64,000 bases of DNA, from positions 333,994,001-334,058,000 of the forward strand of contig OZ024743.1 in assembly GCA_964016885.1 (NCBI GenBank), given 5' to 3'. Shown one piece after another: positions 11,966 to 25,173 of this stretch (its first letter is position 1; the number at the start of each line of letters is the position of its first letter). Under the pieces are notes generated by a model that saw nothing but the letters and a program-made list of their open reading frames with translations, was not told where the DNA came from and ran no database searches. Source of the stretch: Eledone cirrhosa. Taxonomy: Eukaryota. A program made the translations under genes and the position numbers.

Positions 11966-12154
11966 TCCGAAATACACCAAAACTACACCTGATGTCCCCC
12001 TTCCATACACATGCACATATGTGTATATCATGACTCATGCACTGTTCTTTTTTCCTGACGTTTTTATATTACCCTATGTATTATATATGCACTTTTGATG
12101 AGTTGTAGTGCACCTCAGCATTGTACACAATATTTTCATTATTATTATCATTAT

Positions 12155-12340
12155 TGGATTGGTAGTATCGGTAGAGGGTCGGACGCCATGCTTTCTAGCA
12201 TAGTTACGTCCCTTTACGATCTGAGTTCAAATCCCGCCGAGGTTGACTTTGCCTTTCATCCTTACGGGGTCGATAAAATAAAGTACCAGTGAGGCACTGG
12301 GTAGTTGCTGGCCTTGTGCCTAAAGTAGAAACAATTATTA
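12155..12340 (+). mobile_element. SINE family A (a more diverged copy lies at 12826-13000)
   Basis: Near-identical to 11140-11320, flanked by ATT repeats. Confidence 0.9.
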
Positions 12341-13549
12341 TTATCATTATTATTATTACACTCATTGATCCATTTTGCACTAACTCTGCATCAAGCACCC
12401 TCACCTAAATATTAACCAATCAAGGATCCAATACAGCTATCTGTTGGATGAGTATTGTATAGTGCCAAAAACGAAACCAATCAGTTTAGCAGAAAGTTTC
12501 CAGACAAGAAACACGCATATTTTGCTATCCTCAAACACGTTTACACATGGCATGAAATATAACTAATCCGAGATGGCTAGGTTTCATCTTCTAACTGGAT
12601 ATACGAAATCCATTATGTCTTGACAACAACATGAGGTAACATTATGTTATTCACAGACACACTTTGTACACTGTTCCATATCAGAATGTATTTCCTTCGT
12701 CACATTCACAAACAGTATTGAAAATATGTTCTTCGGCAAATAAAAATGTTTTGTTCATAATATTTCAACTAGCGATTGCTCTACTCCACGCACGACCACC
12801 ATAAATTAATGACCAGCTCAACACAAGTATTGGTAGAGCGTCAGACACCATGCTTTGCAGTATTGTTATGGTCCTTTGCATTCTAAGTTCAAATCCTGCC
12901 GAGGTTAACTTCGACTTTCATACTTACTAATTCGATAAAATAAAGTACCAGTAATGGACTGCCGTAATGGATTTGTGCCGAAAAATAGAAACACTATTAA
13001 TGTGCAATAAGAGCAAAATATAACGACATTGCTCAATTATTTTATCTAATGTTGTAATAACACAAGGAAATGTTGTTTGTGTATTTTTTTTTATATTTGC
13101 TCATAGGCTTTTACAATTTCGCTCAGCCAACAACTATTAAAAAGTGAGTTGCTTAAGATAACAATTTAATCACAAATTGTTGCTATCTTTTAATACACTC
13201 CAACAAGTCATCAAATTATGTACAATAAAAACAAATCTTATTAATTTGCTCAGGGAATATAAAGAAAATGTATATACACTGATAATTGCAATTGTATGTA
13301 AATATTTTGTTTTTGTATTGTTTATTTTATGTTTTCTATTATGTATAATATATTGATTTAATATTGATTGTTTTTTGTAGTTGTTTATATTAAAAGTCTG
13401 AAAATATTTTTATACATCTTACACTAATATTTATAAGATAATTTATAATAACAATTACATAATCTAATTACATTACAACGATAATTTATTATTAATATAT
13501 ATCCTGTTTAACTAGAGTTATTACAAGCGTTGCCTTAAAAAAATATTAA

Positions 13550-14506
13550 ACTAGACATGAAAAATGCGCAAGCTCAAAAGTGCCACAGAATGTTATAATA
13601 AACCTTCAAAAGTGTGGGACTAGAGTTGTTGCTAAAAAATATTGTAATCATTATATATCGTACATTCTGTGGCATCCTTTATAAAAATAGCTTAAACCAA
13701 CGAAGCCTTTATTTTTACGCTATTTCACTTAGTTAATTCTTAGAGTGTAACATATAAAAATAAATACATCTATGTTTAATGTAATAACAGCTATAAATAA
13801 TTACGTAATATTATTATCATATACTCATAGTAACAAAATAATTGTGTTGAAAATTAATATGATGCTTATATGAACGATCAAATCTATAATGATAATTTCT
13901 TAAATATACTAATAGTAAAATAATTTAGTTATCTATTGTTACATTTTCATAGAACTATAATATTAACAATCGTATTGCATTATCAAATTTTTATCACTAC
14001 AAACTTTCATATTGGAATTACCTTAAGCCACTTATTATTACTTCGCTTTCGTACTTTTACAGCTGTAGATATTGCGCTGTATCTTATATCTAATATCAAT
14101 ATCTCATGGTAATTTGCATGCAGTGTAAAATAGGTTTATTAATAACTTTAATATGAAATGTATTATACAGGGCTGCGGAGTCGGCCAAAAATTGACTGGC
14201 TCCAACTCAGGATCCGATATTCCATTATTTCCTAAATTTCAGCTCCGCAGCTCTGTTATTATATTAATTAATTTATTTTATAGTTGTAAATCATATTTTT
14301 ATATGTTACACTCTAAGAATTAACTAAGTGAAATAGCGTAAAAATAAAGGCTTCGTTGGTTTAACCTATTTTTATAAAGGATGCCACAGAATGTACGATA
14401 TATAATGATTACAATATTTTTTAGCAACAACTCTAGTCCCACACTTTTGAAGGTTTATTATAACATTCTGTGGCACTTTTGAGCTTGCTCATTTTTCATG
14501 TCTAGT
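13550..14506. mobile_element. Large inverted repeat with arms of about 210 bp
   Basis: 13550-13762 is the reverse complement of 14295-14506. Each arm holds an internal stem TGCCACAGAATGT...ACATTCTGTGGCA. Confidence 0.85.
14168..14255. mobile_element. Tiny hAT-type MITE nested in the inverted-repeat spacer
   Basis: TIRs CAGGGCTGCGGAG / CTCCGCAGCTCTG. Flanks GTATTATA / TTATTATA match at 7 of 8 positions. Confidence 0.65.
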
Positions 14507-15016
14507 ATATATATGTATCTATATATATATGATGTTTCTGTTTAATTATCTCTGTGGGCTCTCGTATCGTTTATTTAATTTAAAGGTAATATTTCTTATT
14601 TGATGACAGGTATACTCCATATTATGAACGTTTATAATGGATGTTGGATAATATTACGTTCCAATCATATCACATCTCTGATAACAACTTTGTTACGTAG
14701 GCAGAAGATTTATATTTTGAAGGTGAAAGAAATCGAAAATACATTAAGAATGAACTAATACAAACAAAAACCAAATTATTTGTATTGAAAGCAGTATCCC
14801 AACATATATGTGTTTGGAATAGGAAAGAAAAATGAATTGCTACTTGGATATTCTTTGAAATTACTTCTGAATCAAGACGAAGCCATCTCACTCCATTTTC
14901 ATTCATCTTCAATTGAAAGATAATTTTATTGGGGCTGTATCTCATTCCTTATCGTCAATTCTTTATTCCAAAGTAAACATACAGATACGGACGGACGGAA
15001 AAATACACACACTTCA

Positions 15017-15017
15017 T

Positions 15018-15053
<36 letters not shown>

Positions 15054-15555
15054 AGACACACGGGCACACACACACACATACACATACACATACACACATA
15101 CACAGACACACACACACACTGAGACACACGGGCACACACACATACACACACACATACACATACACACACACACACTGAGACACACGGGCACACACACATA
15201 CACACACACACATACACAGACACACACTGAGACACACACACTGAGACAGACGGGTACACACACATATATACACACACACACATACACATACACACATACA
15301 CAGACACACACACTGAGACGCACGGTCACACACATACACACACGCATACACATACACATACACACATACACAGACACACACACACACACTGAGACACACG
15401 GGCACACACACATACACACACACACACATACATACACACATACACACACACATACACACATACACAGACACACACACTGAGACACACGGGCACACACACA
15501 TACACACACGCATACACATACACAGACACACACACACTGAGACACACGGACACAC

Positions 15556-15586
<31 letters not shown>

Positions 15587-16720
15587 TACACAGACACACA
15601 CACACTGAGACACACGGACACACACACATACACACACACATACACATACACACATACACAGACACACACACACACTGAGACACACGGGCACACACACATA
15701 CACACACACATACACATACACACAGACACACACAGGCACAGACACACAGACACAGACATACGCATAGTAACACACGCACACTTCACATACATACAGAGAC
15801 ACACACATACACATACTCACACACACAAACAGTCACACACACATACACACAAACACATACATACAAACACATATACACATACACACACATACACAGACAG
15901 AGACACACACACACACCTCCCATACATAGGTAGGAACATATAAAGAGCAAGATATATAACAGGGGAGGAAGGTTTGGCGTGGAAGGAAGACATTTCTTCT
16001 ATTATTGCCTAAGAGTTGTATGTTGTGTTGGATTGGGGTTGTATGGCAGGGGTTAGGATGAGGAGGGAGGAGAGAGAGGGGGAGGGAGGGAGAGAGGGGG
16101 AGGGAGAGAAGAGAGAGAGAGTATATGTCTGTGAGAGAGAGAAAGAGAGAGAGGGGGGAGGGAGAGAAGAGATAGAGTATATGTCTGTGAGAGAGAGAGA
16201 GAGAGAGAGGGGGAAGGGAGAGAAGAGAGAGAGTATATGTCTGTGAGAGAGAAAAACAGAGAGAGAGAGAGAGAGAGCTGGGGTGATGGAGAGAAAAGAG
16301 AGAGAGAGAGGAAGGGAGAGAGAGGAAGAGAGAAGAGAGAGAGTGAGGGTGAGAGAGGGGGAGATGGAGAGAAGAGAGAGAGTATATGTCTATGAGAGAG
16401 AGAAAGAGAGAGAGATAGATGGGGGGGGGGGGGGAGAAAAGAGAGAGAGAGATATGAAGAGAGAGAGAGAGGAAAAGAGAAGAGGGAGAGAGAAATAGAG
16501 AGAAAGAGAAGAGGGAGAGAAAGAGGGACAGTAAGACAAAGAGAGAGTGCCCGAGAGAGAGAAAGAGAGAGGGAAAGAGGGAGAAAAAGAGAGGGAGGGA
16601 GAAAAAGTGAGAGGAAGAGAGAGAGAGAGAGAGCAAGAGAGAGAGAGAGAGAGAGAGGAAGATATATATCTATATCTATATATCTATATCTATCTATCTA
16701 TATATATATATAGATAGATA
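15017..16720. repeat. Compound (CA)-rich minisatellite followed by a (GA)-rich tract
   Basis: Recurrent anchor CTGAGACACACGG(G/A)CA within (CA)/(CATA) runs at 15050-15690; purine tract at 16060-16660. Confidence 0.9.
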
Positions 16721-17272
16721 GAGAAAACATACATGTTTCTCTATCGCTTCAATACAACACACGTAAAACGGGTGCCTATAATAGTTCCCGGACTCGAGTT
16801 TCGGTCGCACTTAATGCAGCAGTAAGGTGCACTGCACAATCCGTCTGCATATATTATGCAACAATGCACAATCAGTTTATGCGGCTTCATCAGCGGGTAT
16901 CGCCTAATCAATAACCAATCGATCGACAGAATCCAAACCCCAGCCCATGCCGGTCATGACTGGTTGTGACAACCGACGCGGTAAAGTGACTAGCAACTGG
17001 AACCCGATACAACTCTGTCCCTCGACTAGCCACCGATTTACGAATTTTACGGTGTGGCGGGAGAATAGAAAACCAATCGTTTCGTTCCCGTCAAAAGACT
17101 CAGCCAACGTGTCTCACACACAAATTATTTCTAAAAAATAAATCATACACGAAACGCCAGTACCAACAGTTTTGCAAGAGATATCAACATGAATGGACCT
17201 GTTATTTTTATCTAAAGACATGTTTTCCAATTCCAACCCACCCGTCCCCTATCTATCTTCTTTTTCATTCTT

Positions 17273-17308
17273 TCTTCTGACGAAGGATTAGCGTCCGAAA
17301 CGTTAAGA
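17273..17308 (+). ncRNA. Minimal type I hammerhead motif
   Basis: TCTT-CTGACGA-A-GGA TTAGCG TCC-GAAAC-GTT-AAGA: stem I TCTT/AAGA and a loopless palindromic stem III (AACGTT), as in dimeric PLE hammerheads. Confidence 0.75.
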
Positions 17309-17391
17309 CTCCCTTCTTGCTATATCAAGCGTTAACCTAATATATCCCTTTCCATATACTGTACCGATTTTGTTGTTATTTCTGTTTACAC

Positions 17392-17466
<75 letters not shown>

Positions 17467-17982
17467 TTATATATAGAATATATATATATAATTGAAAAAG
17501 TGGAGAATAACATGGTCAACAGTACAAAAAAGGGGATTTATTTACAGTCTAACAATTGTTTCACTGATAAAGATGTCTAAAAATTGCTGAACACTAGAAG
17601 CAGTGCCACTCAATTTTATATACGATGTTAGCTCGATCAGATCCTCGGAAACTGTTATTGAAAATATATGTAACCGGCAAATTTACAAATTCAAATTACA
17701 TCATCAATAATAATATTAATAGTAAAGATATAGAGAGAAAAGAAGGAAGACATTGAGATAGATACAGTAAAGAAGGAAAGGGAAGAAAAAAGAAAAAAGA
17801 AGGAAAAAGAAAAAGAGAAAGAGAAAAAAGAAGAAAAAGGAGAAATTGTTACAGAGGAAAAAATATATAAAGAGAAGAAAATATATAGAAAATGATGATA
17901 GACAGACGAGAGACAAGCAAAAGTAAAAATAACGTAGGATAGAAAGAAGTATAGAGGGAAAAATAAATGAATAAATGTTACA

Positions 17983-19353
17983 GACATTGTCGGAATTTAT
18001 ATAGCACATTTCTTACATAGGGAATTTGATAACCTACAAGGAGGAATCTATAGAGACGATACACTACTTTTAGCCGAAAACCTAAATAATCAAAACTTAG
18101 AAAGATTATGGAAAAAGATTAGGAAATTCTTTAATAATTTAGGCCTTAACATTACTTTTGAACCCAACTCTAAAAAAGCTAACTTCTTAGATGTATCACT
18201 CAACCTTACCTCAGGACTAATAGAACCCTTCCATAAAAATAATGAGAATTTAGCTTACATTGATTATAACTCTAATCACCCTCGATCTATAATTAACTCC
18301 ATAGCACATAGTATATCCCTTAGAATCTTGCGCCTATCTTCTAACCTAGAAATTTTTAACGAACCCGCTAACTACTACAACATAGCTTTACTTAAGGCAG
18401 GCCATAAAGAGAGACTCAAATACATACCAAATACAAAAAATATCAACACACTTAATATTAATAGCACTATCCACACCTATAGAAACAACAAATCTAGGAC
18501 AAAACATAGAAATTGGCAACAAGCACGTAAATTAAATGAACAGAATACTAATATAAAGATGTAGAAATAGAAACTACTATAGAAGATGTAGAAATAGAAA
18601 CTACTTATGGTTCAATCCAATGTTTAACTCCTCTATAAAAACTAAGCTACCTTACACTTTGGTTGACAAACACTTCCCTAAAATTCATAAATATCATAAA
18701 ATCTTTAATAGAAAAACTATCAAACTATCATACTCCACTGCCAACAACATAGAATCGCACATACATAAAATTAACTATAAAAGAATTTATTATACAAGTG
18801 GCCCACAAATAAGTACCATAATACCAAATACAAAACATAAGCATATAACATCATCACAACCAAACACACACCAGAACACATCACCACAATACATTAACAA
18901 ACCCAATTCTCAGCCCATACATATCGAAGAACCGGCACATAGAAAAGCATCTAAATGTAACTGCCATCTACCTGAAAAATGCCCTTTACAAAATAGATGC
19001 CTCGAGACAAATGTATACTATAAATTCAGGTAGCTTAGCATGGCATTACATTGGTTCCACAGCTGGGGAGTTTAAGAAAAGGTGGTACGTACATAGACAC
19101 TCTATGATTAACAGGAATCTCTTAAATACAACGAATCTCGCCAATAAAATCTGGCAACTCAAAGATGCAAACATGGAATATAAAATCAGCTGGACGAAGC
19201 TATCAAATTGGTATGTCCCACTGCGGTCTCTGTAATATGGAGCTTTTCCAAATTTTAAATTACAACAAAATTCTTCTTAACAGTAAAATTGAAAGAACTA
19301 TTTTTTGTCGACATAAATCGGCAACCAAATTTGAGAACTTTAGACCAGCTTAA
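17983..19353 (+). pseudogene. PLE reverse transcriptase C-terminal half plus GIY-YIG endonuclease (disrupted)
   Basis: GIYRDD, NFLDVSLNL, YIDYNSNHP, WFNP, CNCHLPEKCPLQNRC, YIGSTAGEFKKRWYVH and CGLC...LNSKIE...CRH, with a stop and frameshifts. Confidence 0.9.
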
Positions 19354-20228
19354 TTCCATCTTTTCTCTTCCATAACCCAGATTGTACCACTTGGATCTAT
19401 TATATCACATTATCAGCATTATCATTATTATGATTATGATTATAATTATAATTGTCACCATCTATCAAATAACAACATCAAAACCTCTTATATTTACATT
19501 CTTATTTTATATATCTCTATCTTTCACTCTCTATCTTTATATTTCTCTCCCTAAATTTATTTAATCTCTGTCATTCTATTTTATCATATAATATAACTTA
19601 AAGCTAATTAATTAATTTATTTATTAAAATAACCAATACACACATAAATATATTTAACATTATCATATTTTTACCTTCATATCTCTCCATATATTCTAAC
19701 AATTCTCAAAAACCACTGTCAATAATTTTAATATGTTTAAATATTCTTCGCAAATTTTTACTTCTTTTGCGTATTTATTTTCATTTTCCATTTTTCACAT
19801 TTTATACTATTTTATATCACATTAGATGTAATTTATTTATTTATTTATCAATTTAAAAAATTTTTAAATATATTTTTTAATATATTTTTAATATATATAT
19901 ATTTTTTTAACGTTTATTCATTTATTTCCCCCTCTATTCTTCTTTCTATCCTACGTTATTTTTACTCTTGCTTGTCTCTCCTCTATCTATCATCATTTTC
20001 TATATATTTTCTTCTCTTTATATGTTTTTTCTCTGTAACAATTTATCCTTTTTCTTCTTTTTTCTCTTTCTCTTTTTCCTTCTTTTTTTTTCTTTTTCGT
20101 TTCCTTTCTTTCTTTACTGTATCTATCTCAATTTATCCCTTCTTTTCTCTCTATATCTTTATTATTAATATTATTATTGATGATGTAATTTGAATTTGTA
20201 AATTTACCGGTTACATATATTTTCAATG

Positions 20229-20340
20229 ACAGTTTCCGAGGATCTGATCGAGCTAACATCGTATTTAAAATTGAGTGGCACTGCTTCTAGTGTTCAGCAA
20301 TTTTTAGACATCTTTATCAGTGAAACAATTGTTAGACTGT
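20229..20340 (+). ncRNA. Hammerhead variant with CCGAGGA core and a stem II of about 79 nt (inverted copy 17544-17655, minus)
   Basis: Stem I ACAGTTT/AGACTGT; stem II base CTGAT/ATCAG; GAAAC-AATT-GTT. Confidence 0.65.
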
Positions 20341-20557
20341 AAATAAATCCCCCTTTTTGTACTGTTGACCATGTTATTCTCCACTTTTTCAATTTTATTT
20401 CTCCAAGATAAACTTACATAGGAATACAAGTGAAATCATAAACTCGTCATCTACGTAAACCTCTTGTTGAGTTAAACAACGCCGTACGCTAAAACTATCC
20501 ATAATAATAAGTATTCACAACCTCTAACTGGATTACCTATAACGATATTTTGTTATC

Positions 20558-20617
<60 letters not shown>

Positions 20618-20700
20618 AGTAAGGTTGCTTGAATGCGGGCAAAGGCGGTATGCCAGTTCAGCACTCTAACAGAAAGAGGATTTGCTTCGAAATCATTAGA

Positions 20701-20791
20701 TGTATCTGAGGAACTTGCGAATCCAGAGTCAGGTTCGCTCCACAAACAGATCGCATCTGGAGCTGTTCGCCGGAGAAACAATTGTAATACG
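20701..20791 (+). ncRNA. Hammerhead motif with an extended stem II
   Basis: TGTAT-CTGAGGA-[..GCGAA..GCTCCA..TGGAGC..TTCGC..]-GAAAC-AATT-GTA-ATACG, followed by AATAAA. Lies between two (TA)n tracts. Confidence 0.65.
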
Positions 20792-20838
20792 TAATAAACT
20801 GTGTTCCGATGCATCACTGATTTTTCATTTTCCGTTTT

Positions 20839-20894
<56 letters not shown>

Positions 20895-21499
20895 AATGAG
20901 TTATTTAATTTGTTGATTATTCATTCAACAAATTTAATTTATAACAGATTAGAAGCAGCACCCAACAGTTTTCTTCTGGAGTATAATATCAATAATATTG
21001 TTTGTTTATATTTTGTTTTTGTGTATGCAAAAATATCTGTCAGTGATGCATGTGATTATGTAATCGCCAGCCTTGTTTGTTTATATTTTGTTTTTGTGCA
21101 TGCAAAAATATCTGTACACGAATATCTATATTAAAATAACATATTAAAGTTTAAGCAAAGAATCGCTGCTTTCACCCTTAACGGGATCTTCTGAAACTAA
21201 AATATAAAAATCAATCTGTCAACGTAGATGTAAATATTTCGAAAAACGTTGCAACCGAAGGAAAACAGGAAGACGATACTTTGGTTCGTGAAGATGTTCC
21301 CTGGCATAAGAATATATATACACACACTATATATACATACACACACACACACACACACACTGATCGCGTCATAATGACGTAATGCAGACAGTCAGGCATA
21401 CAGACAGATATTATAAAGGCGCAACGTCATATCTATGTATCTATCTAAAAAGAGAAAAACTAAGAGAGAGGGAAAGAGATCGCTAAATCGCCTAATGTG

Positions 21500-21670
21500 G
21501 TCCCCAGGGCATTGAAAATTTGAAACTTTTTTTGCTCAGAACACTCAATAGGACCATAAGTATTACATGTGTAAAGTTTGAAAACAATCGGTTGGGTGGT
21601 TCTCGAATTTTATAGATTGCACAGACAGACAGACAAACAGACATTCTCTGTTTTAGTAATATAGATAGAT
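21500..21670 (-). mobile_element. Non-autonomous Helitron-like 5' portion
   Basis: Minus strand TCTATATTACTAAAACAGAGAATGTCTGTTTGTCTGTCTGTC...ACCGATTGTTTTCAAACTTT resembles the 5' ends of microsatellite-bearing non-autonomous Helitrons. Confidence 0.5.
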
Positions 21671-21938
21671 AAAGTTTGTAGAATGTCTGTAGTATGGTCC
21701 CGTAACTTCTGATGGAGTCGTAGGGTCGCCATAGTGACATTCAGCGTTTCTAGGGCATTTTAAGCCTGGAGGAACCCACCCATCTTTACGTCTTATAGAT
21801 AAAAACAAGACTAGGAATAAAATATACAGATATAAAGACGATTGAGAGGGGTCCTTGGTGATGTAACATTCCTCAAAAAAGAAGTTTCTGGAAACAATTA
21901 GAATTTTGTTTTTCACTATAACATAGCGGATACGTAAA

Positions 21939-22200
21939 TGCATTCGTGAGTTTTATATCGAATAATGATAATATTCGATTTGTTTTTAAGCAAACAGCCT
22001 CATTATACAATGGTTTTTAGATGACCAACGTCATCCTTTTGTTCTAGCTGTGACAGAGAGAAACAATCAGCAATATTGTCGATTGTCACCGTTAGAACTA
22101 AAGGATGGCGATGGTCATCTAAAAATCATAACGTAATGAGGCTGTTTGCATGCAAATGAATCGAATATTATCATTATTCGATATAAAACTCATGAATGCA
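21939..22200. repeat. Imperfect fold-back (MITE-like) with arms of about 115 bp
   Basis: GCATTCGTGAGTTTTATATCGAATAATGATAATATTCGAT... is the reverse complement of ...ATCGAATATTATCATTATTCGATATAAAACTCATGAATGC. Confidence 0.75.
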
Positions 22201-22599
22201 AGCTTCTGGAAGTTCTATTGAAAAGTAAATGAAACGCAATAAAATAAAATAAAAACTTCTGATAAGAATTTCCACTTTCTAATCATGAAAAATTGTTTTG
22301 GGTAATGCGATTTTTTAGAAAAGTTTTTATCGAGGTATGTGTATGTGTGTGTACATACATGTATGTGTATGCATGAGTACGTGAGAGTGTGTTTTTGTGC
22401 GTTTGTGTGTGTATAGACGTGCGTACGTTTGAATGTTTGTGTGGTGTGTGTGTGTGTTTGCGTGTATGTGGTTGTATATAATAAGCTTTGCTTACCGATG
22501 TGTGTAAAACGGTTAATCTCATATATATACATCATTATTTAATGAGGAACAATTACATGTTGTGTGATTTATTTGTTCATAAATTGTTTTTCTTTATAT

Positions 22600-23700
22600 A
22601 TTCTCTGTTGTTGTTCACAGAATCTGAGCATTTATCGAGGGGGTGGGATTTTAAAGTTTGGTAAGTTCATTCTTGTATATGTCTGCAATATGACTATTTA
22701 AGGAGATTTGTCTGGTGTTTTCATCACAGATTTGATGACGGCGTATGGCCATTATTTTGTGTAATTAGGGCGGTGGATTGGCAGTATCGGTAGAGGATCG
22801 GACACCATGCTTCGTAGCATAGAGTTACGGCCCTTGTCATTCTGAGTTCAAATCCCGCCGAGGTTAACTTTGCCTTTCCTCCTTACGGGGTCGATAAAAT
22901 AAAGTACCAGTAATGTACTGGCTAATTGCTGGCCTTGTGCCAAAAGTAGAAACAATTATTTTGTGTAATGACACTGTCGTCTGCTCTATGTAATTTTGTA
23001 GACATCCACAGCATGTTATCACATAGATTAGGTATTCAGATTTGAAAGTGAAATTTTCTTTTACTCTGAAAGTTTGTCTATCTTTGAATTTGAATTCAGG
23101 TCCTTCAATTAGGTATAAACAGGTGCCACAGTTGCTTCTGCATTTTGTAACAGTGGGATTAGAGATTTGTCCAGGTCACACTCCTATAAAGAAGATTTGA
23201 AAGGTCATATGTTTGGTAGATCAGTGTTTTGCGTTGTCTTTTACTTTTGATGGTTCATGAATATTTTTTTCATTTTCTCATCTTTATATAGAGTAGGAAG
23301 TTGTTTTGCGGAGGTGGTCAAACATTTCGAGATTTCTTGGGTTGAAAGTTAGCACATATGGTAAAACATTTTCCCTGATTTTGTATTTTGTTTTTATAAG
23401 CTTCTGAATATCTATGTTTTGCCCTTTCTAAACCATTGGTGATTAGACCAAATGGGAAGGCTCTTTGGATAAGTGCATTTTTTTTAGTTCATTAAGTCTT
23501 TGATCACATTTCATCGAGCTCGATACTACTGTGCATATCCTTTTTGCAAGGTTAAAAGGAATGTTCAATTTAGTGTTTTGGATGATTTAATGTGAAGACC
23601 GAGCGTTTATAGAAAATGTCTGTTTCTATTCTCTCGTCAGTTTTTGTGATTGAGATAACCAAAATGGCTGGTTTCTTGGGATTAAACTTCATTGTGAATT
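22600..23700 (-). pseudogene. Decayed PLE (Neptune-type RT thumb and GIY-YIG), same family as 63138-64000
   Basis: The minus strand aligns by eye with 63147-63910 (ATAGAAACAGACAT..TATAAAC, CACATTAAATCA.CCAAAACA, AACTGTGG.ACCTG, ATCTA.GT.AT.ACAT). Confidence 0.75.
22766..22954 (+). mobile_element. SINE family A inserted into the PLE, with a 15-bp TSD
   Basis: TSD ATTATTTTGTGTAAT at 22751-22765 and 22955-22969. Confidence 0.92.
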
Positions 23701-24037
23701 GAATATTGTGGGGAGTAGCTTCTTGCCCATTGCAGTTCTGGATACGTTTCTATACGCAGATACATTAAATACAGAATAGTCGTTTTGTAACATGGATTTG
23801 AGTCCATTAATGATGAAGTCCTTTTGATAGGTACTGGTAATTCGAATTAGTATATTGTCCAAGTCTCATTCCCATAAAGAAGATTTGAAACGACATATGA
23901 TTGGTAGATCAGAATTCTAATCTTCGATTTGAGCTTGTCGTTTCCCCCCGTACCATTTTTCTGAGTTTTTCAAAGGCTGCTGTAGCTTTACCAATTCTTC
24001 TGTCTAGTTCTTAATCAAGAGATATCGTGCTAGATAT

Positions 24038-24365
24038 TGTTTGGATTGGAGGCACTCCATCGGTTACGACAACGAGTGTTCCAGTTGATCCGATCAATGG
24101 AACAGCCTGCTCGTGAAACTAATGGGAAAGTGGGTGAGCATTCCCCGCATACCCTTTACGTAGTTCTCAGGGAGATTCAGTGTGATACAGTGTATTACAA
24201 GGCTGGTCCTTCGTCCTACAGGTACAACTCATTAATGCCAGCTGAGTTGACTGGAGCAACGTGAAATAAAGTGTCTTGCTCAAGGACACAAGGCGCCACC
24301 GGGAATCGAACTCACGACCTTTCGATTGTGAGCTGAATACCCTAACCACAAAGCCACGCGCGTTC
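24038..24365 (-). mobile_element. tRNA-derived SINE family C (partial plus-strand copy at 25803-25945)
   Basis: GCGTGGCTTTGTGGTTAG A box, GTTCGATTCCC B box, and the TTGTGTCCTTGAGCAAGACACTTTATTTCACGTTGCTCCAG body. Confidence 0.8.
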
Positions 24366-25120
24366 ACACTAGATATTCTGGATCACAAGTAAACATACTT
24401 ATCTATTATCTCCATTGGAGTCGAAACACTTTCTTAGCCAACTGGCCCCTCCCTTTCGGTTCCACTGTGTGGCACCTTGCGTAAATATACTTTATTAGAG
24501 CCACTGGTTGACCAATGTTTTGTGAGTGAAATTTGGTTGACAGAAACTGTGCAGAAGCCTATTTTATGTATATAAGTCTGTTGGTGTTCGTGTTCACGTC
24601 TACTCCACTTACTAACCAGGTCGACATCGGTGAAATACGTGTTAGAATCCAAGATATATAATTTGAAGATATGCACACACACACAGACACACAGACATAC
24701 AGACACAAACAGACACAGACACACAAACACACACATATATATACACACAGGTACACGTAGACGTACATGCACACACAGACACACAAACACATCCTCACAC
24801 GCATTCATACATAGACACACAGACACAGACACACACAGAGACACACTTAGACAAATACATATACACACAGACGCACGCAGTCGTCCACACACACACATAT
24901 ATGTATATATATGTGCATATGTGTGTGTCCATGTATCTATGCGTGTATATGTATATGTACATGAGTGTGTGTATTTGTGAGTGTGTGTCTATGTGTGTAT
25001 ATGTATATGTATATCTGTGTGTGTCTGTGTGTGCGCGTGTGTGTCTCTGTGTGTGTGTGTACATGTGTATGTATATGTATATTTGTATTATGAGTGTGTT
25101 TATTTGTGTATGTGTGTTTA

Positions 25121-25173
<53 letters not shown>

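Larger units (their letters stand above)
17489..20560 (+). mobile_element. 5'-truncated Penelope-like element (Naiad-like) with an upstream inverted pLTR
   Basis: 17489-17980 is the reverse complement of 19908-20395. RT and GIY-YIG remnants lie between them. The right arm extends about 165 nt further. Both ends abut TA repeats. Confidence 0.9.

Noticed and set aside
11140-12340. Functional tRNA genes at A/B box sites
   Set aside because: The boxes belong to multi-copy SINE heads with no complete cloverleaf.
12400-12800. Possible Helitron protein remnant (Cys-rich, NGF-like motif on the minus strand)
   Set aside because: Multiple stops and too weak a resemblance to support by eye.
14913-16636. 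Long ORFs (up to 292 aa) rich in VC/HT/SL/ER
   Set aside because: Translations of CA and GA microsatellites. The same applies to the YI-rich ORFs throughout, for example 56557-60777.
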